The notes: a model not told the origin generated them from the letters alone. Shown: positions 30,865 through 41,026, counted from the first letter of the stretch. The stretch: 64,000 bases of DNA from Vulcanimicrobiota bacterium (GCA_963786105.1 CAWAXX010000023.1:192001-256000), one strand, 5' to 3'. Numbers and translations: made by a program.

Positions 30865-31152
30865 TTAACTAGACTTGGGGGAGTAGGCGATGCAGTAGCC
30901 GTTGGGGCTGATCGTACCATCGACGATTTTGCACGTGCCGTCGGCTGTCGGCGTTTTGCCGGCGATGTAGAACGTGCAGTTCGAGCACTTCTTGCTGCCG
31001 TTGGGCTTAGTTTGGTATTTGAACTGCGCCTGCGAGCCTTTGGCCCGCGCGGGAGCGGTTTCGGCGGAATAGAGCAAGCCGGCGAGCGCCGGTAGAATGA
31101 CTGCGCGCTGCACGAATTCGCCGCGCGTGAGCCCTTTCGGGGAATGCTTCAT
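30865..31152 (-). CDS. High-potential iron-sulfur protein (HiPIP), Tat-like signal
   Basis: GGAGG RBS; YQ...C-x2-C-x14-C-x12-C with ISPNGYC; signal LTRGEFV...ARA. Confidence 0.85.
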   Translation of the reverse strand: MKHSPKGLTRGEFVQRAVILPALAGLLYSAETAPARAKGSQAQFKYQTKPNGSKKCSNCTFYIAGKTPTADGTCKIVDGTISPNGYCIAYSPKSS

Positions 31153-31306
31153 GTCGGTTACCTCCGGGTACATGATACCCAGCCAGCGGCAGAGGCACCT
31201 CCATGTGCCCTGCCGGCGGTTTTTCAGTCAATCTTAACCGCTTTGCCGCGTTCGACCGGTACGGCCGGGGAAATTTCAGCGTTGAAAGCAGTGGAGGCAC
31301 GCAATC

Positions 31307-33223
31307 ATGATTCTTCTTTCGAAAAAAACACTAGGAGCGGCGCTCGCGGGAGTGATCGCGGTGACCGCAACGCTGGCGGCGGCTCAGCCGGCGTTGGCGC
31401 AATACACCGTCGCGGGTGCGCCGGGCGTTGCGAACGTCAGCGTCGTTCAAGGCGACGTCGTCATCGTCCGCGGCGATAGCGGCGAACAGGTGGCGGCGTC
31501 AATCAACGCGCCGTTGCTGCCTGGGGACTATATCTCCACCGCCGGCAGCTCGAGGAGCGAAGTCCAGTTCGACGGCATCTCGATGCTGCGGCTGGCTGCG
31601 GACACCCAAGTCCGCTTCGTCAGTCTCAATCCCCGGTCGCGCGAAATGCAGGTCGCGGCGGGTACCGTCGAACTCGCGGAGTTGCAGAGTGCCGACGGCA
31701 GCCCGCAAATCGATACCCCGTCGGTAACCGTTCGCGCCAACCGGGCCGGCGATTACCGCGTTTCCGTGCTGTCGAACGGGCAGACGCAGGTCACGGTGCG
31801 CAGCGGATCGGCGACGGTCGCCAGCGCCGCCGGAACGCAAGTACTTACGCCGGGCACGACCCTAGTAGCGTACGGATCGTACTCCAGCCCCTCGACTTCC
31901 TTGAATGCGGCGATTGCCTACGATGCCTTCGATGCGTTCAACGCCAACCGCGACAGCGCGATTGTGGCCGCTTACAACTCCGACCGCTATCTATCTCCGC
32001 AGCTGGCCGGTTACGCAAATCTGGCGGACTACGGTCAATGGTACAACGTTCCTGGTTACGGCCAATCCTGGGCACCGTCCGATCAAGCCAACAGCTGGAG
32101 CCCGTACTCCAACGGCCAATGGGTGTGGGAACCGGGGTACGGCTACACGTGGGTCGGTAACGAACCGTGGGGCTACGCTCCGTATCACTACGGAAACTGG
32201 TTCTATGCCAACAACTACAACCGGTGGATGTGGCAGCCTCCCGCTTATCAGTATCAAACGAACCCCGACGTATTGGCCTCGTCGTGGCTTCCCGCGCTTG
32301 TCGGATTTTTCCTGACCGGTGGTAATAGCGGGGTGGGCTACAACCCGTACGGTTACGGCAACATCGGTTGGGTGCCGCTGGCCCCGGGCGAAACGTACTA
32401 TCCGTGGTATCCAGGTTTTGGGTATGGCGCGGGGTACCCGCAATATGGCGTGGGCAACGTCACGAATATCTACAACATCTATCGAAATATTCGCTACGTC
32501 CGCGTCGTGCGCATGTACCCATTCGAGCGGTTCCGCGATGGCGATTGGCATCGCCCGATCCTGATGCATCCCGATCAGTTCAGGCGCGTCGGCGTGCTTC
32601 GCGGGCCGGTCCCCATCGTGCCCAGCCGAACGCTTATGCGCACGGGACCGATTGCGGTGAAGCGCCCAATCGTACTCTCGTCGCAGTTCCACGCACAGCG
32701 CTTCGCAGCGCGTCCGCCGGCGATGACAGCGATGCCGCTCGAGAAATCGCAAGCCGAGCTCCGGACGATCGCGAGCAAACCGCCGAAAGAAGTCGCGCTG
32801 CCGGTGCATCCGCCGGCCGTCATGCACCCCGAGTACCGTCCGCCGGCGACGCGCGCGACGTATCACGCGCCGGTTACGACGACCGTCGCCAAACCCAAGG
32901 CGCCCGTCCATCCAATCGAAACGATGGCGCCGGTTCACCCGGTTCACACCATGGCGCCGGTTCACCCGGTTCACACCATGGCGCCGGTTCATCCGGTTCA
33001 CACGATGGCGCCGGTTCGTACCGCAACTCCCATGTATCACCCCGCGCCGGTGCGCACCATGACTCCAGTTCATCACGTCGCACCGACGTACCATCCGGCT
33101 CCGGCCCACGACGTGACCCCGGTACCGCATCCGCAACAGCCGCAGGTTCACAAACCTCAGCCCGCGACGGCTCCGGAAAGTAAGAGTCCGAAGCCGGAGA
33201 AGACGCCGCGGCCAATGGAGTGA
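31307..33223 (+). CDS. Secreted FecR-like + DUF6600-like protein with Pro/His-rich tail
   Basis: Signal peptide (ALA-Q); INAPLLPGD; YGQWYNVPGYG, PYSNGQWVW, EPWGYAPYHYGNW, IGWVPLAPGE. Confidence 0.8.
   Translation: MILLSKKTLGAALAGVIAVTATLAAAQPALAQYTVAGAPGVANVSVVQGDVVIVRGDSGEQVAASINAPLLPGDYISTAGSSRSEVQFDGISMLRLAADTQVRFVSLNPRSREMQVAAGTVELAELQSADGSPQIDTPSVTVRANRAGDYRVSVLSNGQTQVTVRSGSATVASAAGTQVLTPGTTLVAYGSYSSPSTSLNAAIAYDAFDAFNANRDSAIVAAYNSDRYLSPQLAGYANLADYGQWYNVPGYGQSWAPSDQANSWSPYSNGQWVWEPGYGYTWVGNEPWGYAPYHYGNWFYANNYNRWMWQPPAYQYQTNPDVLASSWLPALVGFFLTGGNSGVGYNPYGYGNIGWVPLAPGETYYPWYPGFGYGAGYPQYGVGNVTNIYNIYRNIRYVRVVRMYPFERFRDGDWHRPILMHPDQFRRVGVLRGPVPIVPSRTLMRTGPIAVKRPIVLSSQFHAQRFAARPPAMTAMPLEKSQAELRTIASKPPKEVALPVHPPAVMHPEYRPPATRATYHAPVTTTVAKPKAPVHPIETMAPVHPVHTMAPVHPVHTMAPVHPVHTMAPVRTATPMYHPAPVRTMTPVHHVAPTYHPAPAHDVTPVPHPQQPQVHKPQPATAPESKSPKPEKTPRPME
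32924..33017 (+). repeat. 27-bp coding tandem repeat (MAPVHPVHT) x3.5
   Basis: atggcgccggttcacccggttcacacc units at 32924, 32951, 32978 and a partial unit at 33005. Confidence 0.9.
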
Positions 33224-33313
33224 CTGACGGCCCAGCTCTCATCGTTCTCTAATGCGGGCACAATGTGGACCCGCGGTCCGTGGGGTTCAATTAGCTCGAG
33301 GCAAGCAAAGGCT

Positions 33314-34582
33314 ATGCGAATCACCGGCACCGCGGGTCCACTGGCATGTCTGCTCCTTTTTGCAGCGATAGGCAGTGCAGCGCCGTTGCGCGCCGCAGTG
33401 ACCGGCGGCGCAGCTACCGGCTCGAGCGACGGAACGCGGGTAGCACGCCTGAGCCTGCTCCAAAGCGGGAGCGTAGCAGTAACGCGCGGCCACGCTAACG
33501 ATTGGGTGGCAGCGACGTTGAACGCGCCCTTGATACCGGGCGACTCGTTCACGTCCGTCGATCGAGACACGCTGGCTGAAATTCAGCTCGATGGGTTTAC
33601 CGACGTGCGACTATCGGGCGACGTCAAGGGGCGGATCATCGACAACGACGTCGGCGCCCGGCGCATCGGTCTGACGAGCGGCCTCATCGACCTCTCCCTG
33701 CTCCGGGGTCAGGACGCGCCCTCCGAGATCGTGACGCAGTCGTTCACCCTGCGAACGCACTATGCGGGCAGCTATCGCATTTTCTTGCGAAGCGACGGAA
33801 CGGCGTCGATCGCGTCACGAAGCGGTCAAGCCGACGTCGTCACGCGACGTCGCGTTCTGACGATTCTCGCGGGCACGACGGTCGTAGTGCGCGGTTCGGC
33901 GGACGACGTTTCCATCGACTCGCGTCCGGATCTGGCCCGCGACTCGTTCGACGAGTTCAACGCGGGGCGCGACCGCACGCTGGTGGCGGCGCTCGAAAAT
34001 GACACGCACGTTCCACTCAGCATTGCGGGATACGGCGATCTTGCTGCGTACGGGCGATGGACGACCTTAGCGTCGTACGGTCAAGTGTGGGTTCCTAACG
34101 GCCAAAGCGCGGATTGGGCGCCGAATCGCGACGGCCACTGGTCGTACATCGGCAACGACGGGTGGACGTGGATCGGAAGCGAGCCCTGGGCGTGGGTGCC
34201 GTATCACTACGGGCAGTGGTTGTATTCTTCCGGGTATGACTGGTGCTGGTATCCGCCGCCGTTTGGATTCAACCCCGAGTGGGCGCCGGCTCTCGCCTGG
34301 GATCCGTGGCGCTCCGATCCGCCGTGGCGTTACTACCCGCTGCCCCCACCGCCTTCGCAACGTCACGGTCCCCCGGCTGTGATGTCGCCGCTAAACACGT
34401 TTCAGAACGTACGTTTCGGCGGCGCGCCGGCGATCAAAGCGATCGCTCCCGCGACCTCGATGCAATCGATCGTTCCCAGAATCTCGACCGGCCCGCCCGC
34501 GCTTCCCGTGGCAGCGCCGATCGTGCACGCTCCAATGCCCTCGCATCCGGCCCGTTCGACGTCCCCGCATCCGCCCGCATAG
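33314..34582 (+). CDS. Second FecR-like + DUF6600-like secreted paralog
   Basis: Signal peptide; LNAPLIPGD; YGRW, EPWAWVPYHYGQW; Pro-rich tail. Confidence 0.75.
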   Translation: MRITGTAGPLACLLLFAAIGSAAPLRAAVTGGAATGSSDGTRVARLSLLQSGSVAVTRGHANDWVAATLNAPLIPGDSFTSVDRDTLAEIQLDGFTDVRLSGDVKGRIIDNDVGARRIGLTSGLIDLSLLRGQDAPSEIVTQSFTLRTHYAGSYRIFLRSDGTASIASRSGQADVVTRRRVLTILAGTTVVVRGSADDVSIDSRPDLARDSFDEFNAGRDRTLVAALENDTHVPLSIAGYGDLAAYGRWTTLASYGQVWVPNGQSADWAPNRDGHWSYIGNDGWTWIGSEPWAWVPYHYGQWLYSSGYDWCWYPPPFGFNPEWAPALAWDPWRSDPPWRYYPLPPPPSQRHGPPAVMSPLNTFQNVRFGGAPAIKAIAPATSMQSIVPRISTGPPALPVAAPIVHAPMPSHPARSTSPHPPA

Positions 34583-34679
34583 GTGGGCTGCCGGTTCTGG
34601 AGAACCTGCATACTTCCGGAGTTTGCCAAGGGCTCCCAATTTCGCGTGCAACTTCTCGTAATAAAGGACTTTCACAAAG

Positions 34680-35250
34680 ATGAAGACGGTTCGTTTAGTG
34701 TCGCGCGCAGTCGCGCTGTCCCTCATCGCGGGTATGCCGGCGGTCGCGGTCGCGCAAAACGCCCCGGTTCCGACGAAGGTCGCCGCTACGATGGCGAATC
34801 CACACGTCACGATGCCTCACCCAATCAGGGTGACGACCTGCAATCCTGAGCGGAACAACTACGTATCGGGGGGGTTTGCCCCTGCGTACTATCCGGGCGG
34901 TCCGTACTGGGGCTGGCCGAGCGTCTACGGATATAATTATTACCAGTATCCGGTTCAGGGTCAGCCGACTCTGAGCATCGATTATTCGAACGCTACGAGC
35001 GTCGTGATGAAGGACATCGAGTTCGGGCTCATTGCGCGCGGGCAGCTGGTTGCCGAAGTTCGCGACGTCGGCACCTTTTCACCGGGCGCAGAAATTAAGC
35101 ATCAGTTCGGATTGAGCCACAACGTTTTTCCGCTCGGCACGTCTATCGTCGAGTGCATTCCGCTCGAAAATTACGTTCGAAGACGGCACGAAGTGGAGGA
35201 GTCCGCATTTGCCGGCGCTCCATAAGAGCATTTACGGCAAGCCCTATTAG
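34680..35250 (+). CDS. Secreted hypothetical protein with apparent +1 frameshift near 35166
   Basis: Signal peptide AVA-Q; VRDVGTFSPGAEIKH; removing one base gives ...CIPLKITFEDGTKWRSP...Y* ending at 35250. Confidence 0.65.
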
Positions 35251-35275
35251 AGGGCTTTCCGCTCGAGTTGGTTCG

Positions 35276-35311
35276 GGATGCGCGGCTGAAAGGTCGCGCA
35301 TTCGCTTTTTT
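35276..35311 (+). terminator. Intrinsic terminator abutting the gdh RBS
   Basis: GGATGCGCGGC-TGAAAG-GTCGCGCATTC then gcTTTTTT. Confidence 0.6.
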
Positions 35312-35324
35312 AGAAGGAATCTGC

Positions 35325-36596
35325 ATGCCACAAGACCTGTCTGCGGTCCAATCTCCCGAGAACGTTTGGGATATGGCCAAGCATCAACTCGACGAAGTCG
35401 CAGCGCTGATCGGCCTCAACGAGTCGATTCATGGGTACCTGCGCCAGCCCAAGCGGGTACTCGAGGTTTCCGTTCCGGCACGGATGGACGACGGAACGTT
35501 CCGCATGTTTACCGGGTATCGCGTCCAACACAATATGGCGCGCGGCCCCGGAAAAGGCGGCATTCGCTTTCATCCGGACGTGACGCTCGATGAAATCAAA
35601 GCGCTCGCCATGTGGATGACGTGGAAGTGCTCTCTGGTCAATATCCCGTTCGGCGGCGCAAAGGGCGGCGTCATCTGCGACCCCAAGCACATGTCGACGC
35701 AGGAACTCGAGAATCTCACGCGCCGTTTTACGAGCGAGATTTCGATCATCATCGGGCCAGAAAAAGACATCCCGGCCCCCGACGTCTACACGACTCCGCA
35801 GATTATGGCCTGGATCATGGACACGTTCTCCATGCAGCAGGGTTTTTCAATCCCTGGCGTGGTGACCGGAAAACCGATCTCGATCGGCGGATCGCTCGGG
35901 CGCGACAAGGCGACCGCTCGCGGCTGTTTGTACGCAATCGACGAAGCGATGGCGATTCTCGAAAAGCCGATCGTGGGAGCGCGCGTGGCGATTCAAGGGT
36001 TTGGCAACGCCGGAATGTATGCCGCGCAACTCATGGAACAGCGCGGATACAGCGTGGTGGCCGTCTCCGATTCGCAAGGCGGCGTCGCCAATTCGAAGGG
36101 ACTCGACATTCGCAAGGTCACCGCCCATAAATTCGAAACCGGTTCGATCGTCGGGTTTACCGGCGGCGAGCGCATCGATAACCGCGAAGTGCTCGAGTAC
36201 GACTGCGACGTGCTCGTACCGGCGGCGCTGGAAAAGGTGATTACGCGCGAGAACGCACCGCTAATCAAAGCGCGTATCGTGGCGGAAGCCGCGAACGGGC
36301 CAACGTTGCCGGATGCCGACGACATCCTCTTCGATCGCGGCGTGGTCGTCCTACCCGACATTTTGGCCAACGCCGGCGGCGTCACGGTCTCGTACTTCGA
36401 GTGGGTTCAAGACTTGCAAGCGAACTTTTGGGAAGAGGACGAGATCAACGAGCGGCTCAAACGCATCATCACGCGCGCTTTCCGCGACGCGCACGAACAA
36501 GCCAAGCGGTACGGCGTGTCGATGCGCAAGGGAGCGTACGCGGTGGCGGTCAACCGCGTGGCGGAGGCGACCAAACTGCGCGGCCTCTACCCGTAG
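35325..36596 (+). CDS. gdhA: Glu/Leu/Phe/Val dehydrogenase, probably glutamate dehydrogenase
   Basis: GPGKGGIRF, GGAKGG, DIPAPDV, VTGKP, QGFGNAG, EAANGP, NAGGVTVSYFEW. Confidence 0.92.
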   Translation: MPQDLSAVQSPENVWDMAKHQLDEVAALIGLNESIHGYLRQPKRVLEVSVPARMDDGTFRMFTGYRVQHNMARGPGKGGIRFHPDVTLDEIKALAMWMTWKCSLVNIPFGGAKGGVICDPKHMSTQELENLTRRFTSEISIIIGPEKDIPAPDVYTTPQIMAWIMDTFSMQQGFSIPGVVTGKPISIGGSLGRDKATARGCLYAIDEAMAILEKPIVGARVAIQGFGNAGMYAAQLMEQRGYSVVAVSDSQGGVANSKGLDIRKVTAHKFETGSIVGFTGGERIDNREVLEYDCDVLVPAALEKVITRENAPLIKARIVAEAANGPTLPDADDILFDRGVVVLPDILANAGGVTVSYFEWVQDLQANFWEEDEINERLKRIITRAFRDAHEQAKRYGVSMRKGAYAVAVNRVAEATKLRGLYP

Positions 36597-36612
36597 GGCG
36601 AACGCGTGCGCG

Positions 36613-37194
36613 ATGGCGCAGATCGGACTCTTCGGCGAGGATCGCCGCACGATTCTGGACGATGCCACCGGATCGATTGCCTACCTGCCGGCCTGCATAG
36701 AACCTCCGACGGCGTCGGCGTGGCTCGAGAGTCTGCGGCACGAAGTCCGGTGGCGCACCGAGCGACGCCGCATGTACGACCGCGAGGTGGACGTTCCGCG
36801 GCTAGTTGCGGGTTACCGGCTCGAAGAAGACGGCGTGCCGCCCGAACTCGTTCAGGCCGCAAGCCGGGCGAGCGCGGCGACCGGCGGAGTGCGATTTACC
36901 AACGTCGGGTTGAACCTGTACCGCGACGGCCGCGACAGCGTTGCACCGCATAACGATCATCTCTACGAAATCGTCGCCGGGTATCCAATCGCGCTCCTCT
37001 CGCTCGGCGCCACCAGGCGCATGACGATACGCAGCAAGTCGCGCCCGCGCCGAGTCCTCGACCTCGACTTGGAGCACGGAAGTCTGCTCGTTATGAGCTA
37101 CGAAACGCAACGGCACTACGATCACGGCATTCCGAAGGTCGCCGGGCCTACTGGTGCGCGCATGAGCCTAGCGTTTCGCGTCCGGCCGGCATGA
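36613..37194 (+). CDS. AlkB-family 2OG-Fe(II) dioxygenase
   Basis: NLYRDGRDSVAPHND (HxD), HGIPK, RMSLAFR. Confidence 0.88.
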   Translation: MAQIGLFGEDRRTILDDATGSIAYLPACIEPPTASAWLESLRHEVRWRTERRRMYDREVDVPRLVAGYRLEEDGVPPELVQAASRASAATGGVRFTNVGLNLYRDGRDSVAPHNDHLYEIVAGYPIALLSLGATRRMTIRSKSRPRRVLDLDLEHGSLLVMSYETQRHYDHGIPKVAGPTGARMSLAFRVRPA

Positions 37195-37211
37195 TGCCGG
37201 CACGGTAAGCG

Positions 37212-38123
37212 ATGGCCGAACCGTGGGAGGCCGATGTCAGCATCGACGCAACGCTGGCACGGCGCGTCATCGCGCGGCAGTTTCCAGCGCTTGCGGAACA
37301 TCCGGTAACGGTTTTTGGCGAGGGCTGGGACAACGCCGCATTTCTGGTCGGCGGCCAGTACGTTTTTCGCTTTCCGCGCCGCAGCATTGCGGTAGCACTG
37401 ATCGAAACGGAGTTGCGCGTGCTCGCACCGATCGCCGCGCGCGTACCGCTGCCGGTTCCGGTTCCGCGGTTTGCCGGCGTTGGAGATGACGAATACCCGT
37501 GGCCGTTCGCGGGCTACGACGTGCTTTCCGGACGGTCGCTGTCGGCGATGCACGTCGACGAGCGCCAGTACGGGTCGCTCGCAGCGGCGTGCGGTGCGTT
37601 CCTGCGGGCGCTGCATGCGATCGACGCTGCATCGCTACAGCCCGGGCTCGATCTCGATCGCCTCGGCCGACTCGACCACACGCGCGGCATGCCCAAAGTC
37701 TCGCGGCGTCTACGAGAGTTGACGGAAGCGGGATTAATCGCCGGCGCCGCGCCCTTCGAAACGTTGCTGGAGAACAGCGCTTCGGCGAGTCCGCGTGACG
37801 ACCGGCTCGCGGTGGTACACGGCGACCTCTACGCGCGCCACGTCTTGGTCGGCGCGGACCGGCGCGTTTCGGGAATCATCGATTGGGGCGACGTGCATTT
37901 CGGCGACCGGGCTGTCGATCTCGCGATCGCGTTCGAGACGCTTCCTCCAGGGGTCCGTGAGGCCTTCGCGACGGCGTACGGCGAGATCGACGACGAAACG
38001 TGGAGATTGGCGCGCTGGCGTGCGATCTATCATTCAGCTCTCGTAGCGCACTACGGCCACCGAATCGGCGACGCCGAACTCGTGAGGGCCGGTCTCGCCG
38101 GACTATCGTCCTGTCGAGTCTAA
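37212..38123 (+). CDS. APH-family phosphotransferase
   Basis: GEGWDN, VFRFPR, HGDLYARHVL, IIDWGD. Confidence 0.88.
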   Translation: MAEPWEADVSIDATLARRVIARQFPALAEHPVTVFGEGWDNAAFLVGGQYVFRFPRRSIAVALIETELRVLAPIAARVPLPVPVPRFAGVGDDEYPWPFAGYDVLSGRSLSAMHVDERQYGSLAAACGAFLRALHAIDAASLQPGLDLDRLGRLDHTRGMPKVSRRLRELTEAGLIAGAAPFETLLENSASASPRDDRLAVVHGDLYARHVLVGADRRVSGIIDWGDVHFGDRAVDLAIAFETLPPGVREAFATAYGEIDDETWRLARWRAIYHSALVAHYGHRIGDAELVRAGLAGLSSCRV

Positions 38124-38132
38124 GTAAGGCGA

Positions 38133-39452
38133 ATGAAGCCGCTTCGCATGCTTGTCGCCGGCGCTCTCGCAGCCGCGGCGGTTTCGTGCGCCGGGTTGCA
38201 CGGCTCCTTCGGTCCCGTTCCGCAGTTGCCGTCTAACCGGACCGTCACACGGGCACCGGCGATGGCGAAACGCGCAGACTTTGAGAGCGAACGGCTGTGG
38301 GGTAATGCGGCCCGCGACGACTGGGAACCGGTGACCGCTGCCGATCCATCTTCGAGTTGGGTCTACCAGATGACGACCAAGCAGAGGCCGAACTTTTTGC
38401 TGTTTCGCTCATCGGCCGACGGTGGCGTCACCTGGAACCGATCGCGGCACATCTGCCGGCGCGGCATCAAACCGCACTTTCAGTTCGATCCGCAAGTCGC
38501 GGTCGCGGGCGACGGAACGGTCGACGTGGTCTGTCTCGACAACTTCCTACCGGGTGTCGTATTTACGCAGTCGCGCGACAAGGGCCGGACCTGGAGCGCG
38601 CCGGTGCGTCTCGACCGGTTCCAGCGATATAGCGACAAGCCGACGCTGGTGGTTTCGGCGTCGGGGGCGGACGTATACGTTTCGTTCAACGATTTCTACG
38701 CGCTCTACGTGGCGGCATCGCACGACGGCGGAAAGTCGTGGAGTCGTCCCGTTCTCGCAACCCACCGGCATCTCTGGTATTACTCGTTGGGCGGCGCGAT
38801 CGCTCCCAACGGCTCGGTTTGGTTCGCGATCGACGGCGAAGCGGGAAAGGATCAAACCGGCGACGGGCACATCGCGCTCGTACGTTCCAACGACGGCGGG
38901 TCGAGTTGGACCACGGTGCCAATGGCATTGACGCACGAAGGCGCTCCGTGTCTCGTCAAACGTTGTTACCCGGACTTCTACACCGGACAGGTTGCGGTCG
39001 CCGCCGATTCCGCCGGCAGTCTCGTATGCGTTTACGCGAAGAACGACGTCGCGCAGGGGCCGAACGCACTCTACGTGCGCCTGTCGCGCGACGGCGTCAC
39101 GTGGAGCCCGCCGGCGGCGATTGCCACCGCCGGGAACTCGACCAGTCCCGCCATTGAGCCTGGACCCGATGCCGGCGACTTCCGGCTGGTATGGCAAGAC
39201 AATCGCAACGGCGCGCAAGCCTGGAACACCTGGTACGCGCGCAGCGTCGATGGCGGCCGGACGTGGAGCCCGGACGTGCGACTCTCGAACCGGGAATCGG
39301 GCGCGCCATACAAGCATCGGGGAGGCTACGATTTTCCGTTTGGCGATTATCTCGGCCTCAGCGTCGATTCGGCCGGCGTCAACCACGTGATTTGGGGCGA
39401 GGGATCGGCCGTGTACGTTCCGGGCGGAACGTGGTTTACCCGCGGCAGCTAA
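38133..39452 (+). CDS. Sialidase-like BNR/Asp-box beta-propeller lipoprotein
   Basis: AAVS-C lipobox; six Asp-box-like motifs (SADGGVTW, SRDKGRTW, SHDGGKSW, SNDGGSSW, SRDGVTW, SVDGGRTW). Confidence 0.85.
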   Translation: MKPLRMLVAGALAAAAVSCAGLHGSFGPVPQLPSNRTVTRAPAMAKRADFESERLWGNAARDDWEPVTAADPSSSWVYQMTTKQRPNFLLFRSSADGGVTWNRSRHICRRGIKPHFQFDPQVAVAGDGTVDVVCLDNFLPGVVFTQSRDKGRTWSAPVRLDRFQRYSDKPTLVVSASGADVYVSFNDFYALYVAASHDGGKSWSRPVLATHRHLWYYSLGGAIAPNGSVWFAIDGEAGKDQTGDGHIALVRSNDGGSSWTTVPMALTHEGAPCLVKRCYPDFYTGQVAVAADSAGSLVCVYAKNDVAQGPNALYVRLSRDGVTWSPPAAIATAGNSTSPAIEPGPDAGDFRLVWQDNRNGAQAWNTWYARSVDGGRTWSPDVRLSNRESGAPYKHRGGYDFPFGDYLGLSVDSAGVNHVIWGEGSAVYVPGGTWFTRGS

Positions 39453-41026
39453 CGACGTTCCGGCTGGCCCTCGGGGCGTTGCTTCTACTAGCGGCGTGCG
39501 GACCAACCGGGGAAACGCGAGGCCGGGCTCACGTGTTGAGGATTGCCGATAACGTCGATCCGACATCCCTCAATCCGCTGCTCGCGCACGATCAGGACAC
39601 CATCGGTTACGATTTGCTCGTCACCGAAACGCTGGTCGGTCTGTCGGCTCAAAACCGGCTGGTTCCGATTCTCGTCACGCGCGTGCCCTCGCGCGCGAAC
39701 GGCGATATTTCGCCCGACGGGAAGACGATCGTGTACCACTTGACGCCGCGCGCGCGTTTTGCGGACGGTACCGCGTTGACGTCTGCCGACGTCGCGTTTA
39801 CGTACCGCGCGATTCTGGATCCGCGCAATCCCGTCGAATCGGTCGACGCCTACCGTCGGATTGCGGGGCTTAGTACGCCCGACAAGAGGACCGTCGTCGT
39901 GCGGCTCAAGCGACGGTGGAACGCCGCCGTAGCCGAGCTCTTCGCGCAGTCCGATTTCGCGTTCGGGATTCTGCCCGCGCACGCGTTCGAGTCGACCGAC
40001 GTGACGCGCGCCGCTTGGAACGAACGGCCGTTTGGAACCGGTCCGTTCAGAGTGGCGCAATGGCGGCGCGGAAGCGAAATCGTGCTCGCACCAAATCCGT
40101 ACTACCGGCCGCAACCAAAACTGCAACAGATCGTTTTTCCAATCATCCCTACGACGGAATCGTCCCTGGTGGCATTGCGTGCAGGCGACGTCGATCTCAC
40201 CCACGTTACCGCGACGCAGCTCGCCGAGGCACGGGGCGCGGGCGGCATTCGAATTGCGGTGACGCCGATTAACGGCGAGTACATGCTGATCGTGCGAACG
40301 ACGTCACTTCCAACCGACGACGCGCACGTGCGGCGCGCCATCAACCTTGCCTTGGATCGAGGCGAGATAGTACGCGGTCGCTTCGGGTCGCTCGCGCCGG
40401 CCGATTCGTACCTACCGCCCGTGTTCGCGTGGCACGACTCGGCGCCCTCAGCGGCGGCGGCAAACGCCGCGGGCGCAAGCCGCGAACTCCAGACGGCCGG
40501 ATGGCGACGAGCAGACGGCTGGTGGACTAAGGGCGGACGCCGGCTCAACGTCACCATCGACATTGCGTCCGAGGGCGGGACGTTGATTCAAACGATCGTG
40601 CAAGAGCAGCTCCGCCGATTCGGCATCGATGCGGAGCTAAAAACCTTCCCGGCGTCGCAGTTCAACGCCGTCGACGGTCCGATGCGAAGCGGTCGGTTCA
40701 GCCTCGCCGCGTCGCAGTGGATTGGGGGCGCCGATCCCGAGCAATCGGTGATCTTCGCGTGCAGCCAGCGCGGCAGCGGCGGCAACAACGCCTCGAATTA
40801 TTGCAGCCCGCGCTTCGAGGCGCTGTTCGAAGATCAAGCGACGACGCCGGACTTGCGGCGGCGCCAAATCGATACGGTAGAAATGCAGCGCACCGTGCGA
40901 CAAGAGGTTCCTATCGTACCGATCGCCTTTGAATCGTATATCGACGCCATGAGCCCGCGCGTCGCGAACTTCCGTCGCAACATGCTGGAGTATCCCGTCG
41001 ACGCCGCGCAGTGGGACGTGCGCTAG
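39431..41026 (+). CDS. Family 5 (peptide/nickel) ABC substrate-binding lipoprotein, no permease adjacent
   Basis: LLAA-C lipobox; SLNPLL, FADGTALTSADVAFT, GTGPF, VRRAINLALDR; start uncertain. Confidence 0.85.
   Translation: MVYPRQLTTFRLALGALLLLAACGPTGETRGRAHVLRIADNVDPTSLNPLLAHDQDTIGYDLLVTETLVGLSAQNRLVPILVTRVPSRANGDISPDGKTIVYHLTPRARFADGTALTSADVAFTYRAILDPRNPVESVDAYRRIAGLSTPDKRTVVVRLKRRWNAAVAELFAQSDFAFGILPAHAFESTDVTRAAWNERPFGTGPFRVAQWRRGSEIVLAPNPYYRPQPKLQQIVFPIIPTTESSLVALRAGDVDLTHVTATQLAEARGAGGIRIAVTPINGEYMLIVRTTSLPTDDAHVRRAINLALDRGEIVRGRFGSLAPADSYLPPVFAWHDSAPSAAAANAAGASRELQTAGWRRADGWWTKGGRRLNVTIDIASEGGTLIQTIVQEQLRRFGIDAELKTFPASQFNAVDGPMRSGRFSLAASQWIGGADPEQSVIFACSQRGSGGNNASNYCSPRFEALFEDQATTPDLRRRQIDTVEMQRTVRQEVPIVPIAFESYIDAMSPRVANFRRNMLEYPVDAAQWDVR

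Noticed and set aside
30865..31152. HiPIP plus cytochrome c as evidence of phototrophy
   Set aside because: No puf/bch genes in the window; both proteins also serve respiration
37212..38123. Aminoglycoside resistance gene
   Set aside because: Generic APH-family kinase motifs only; substrate cannot be inferred
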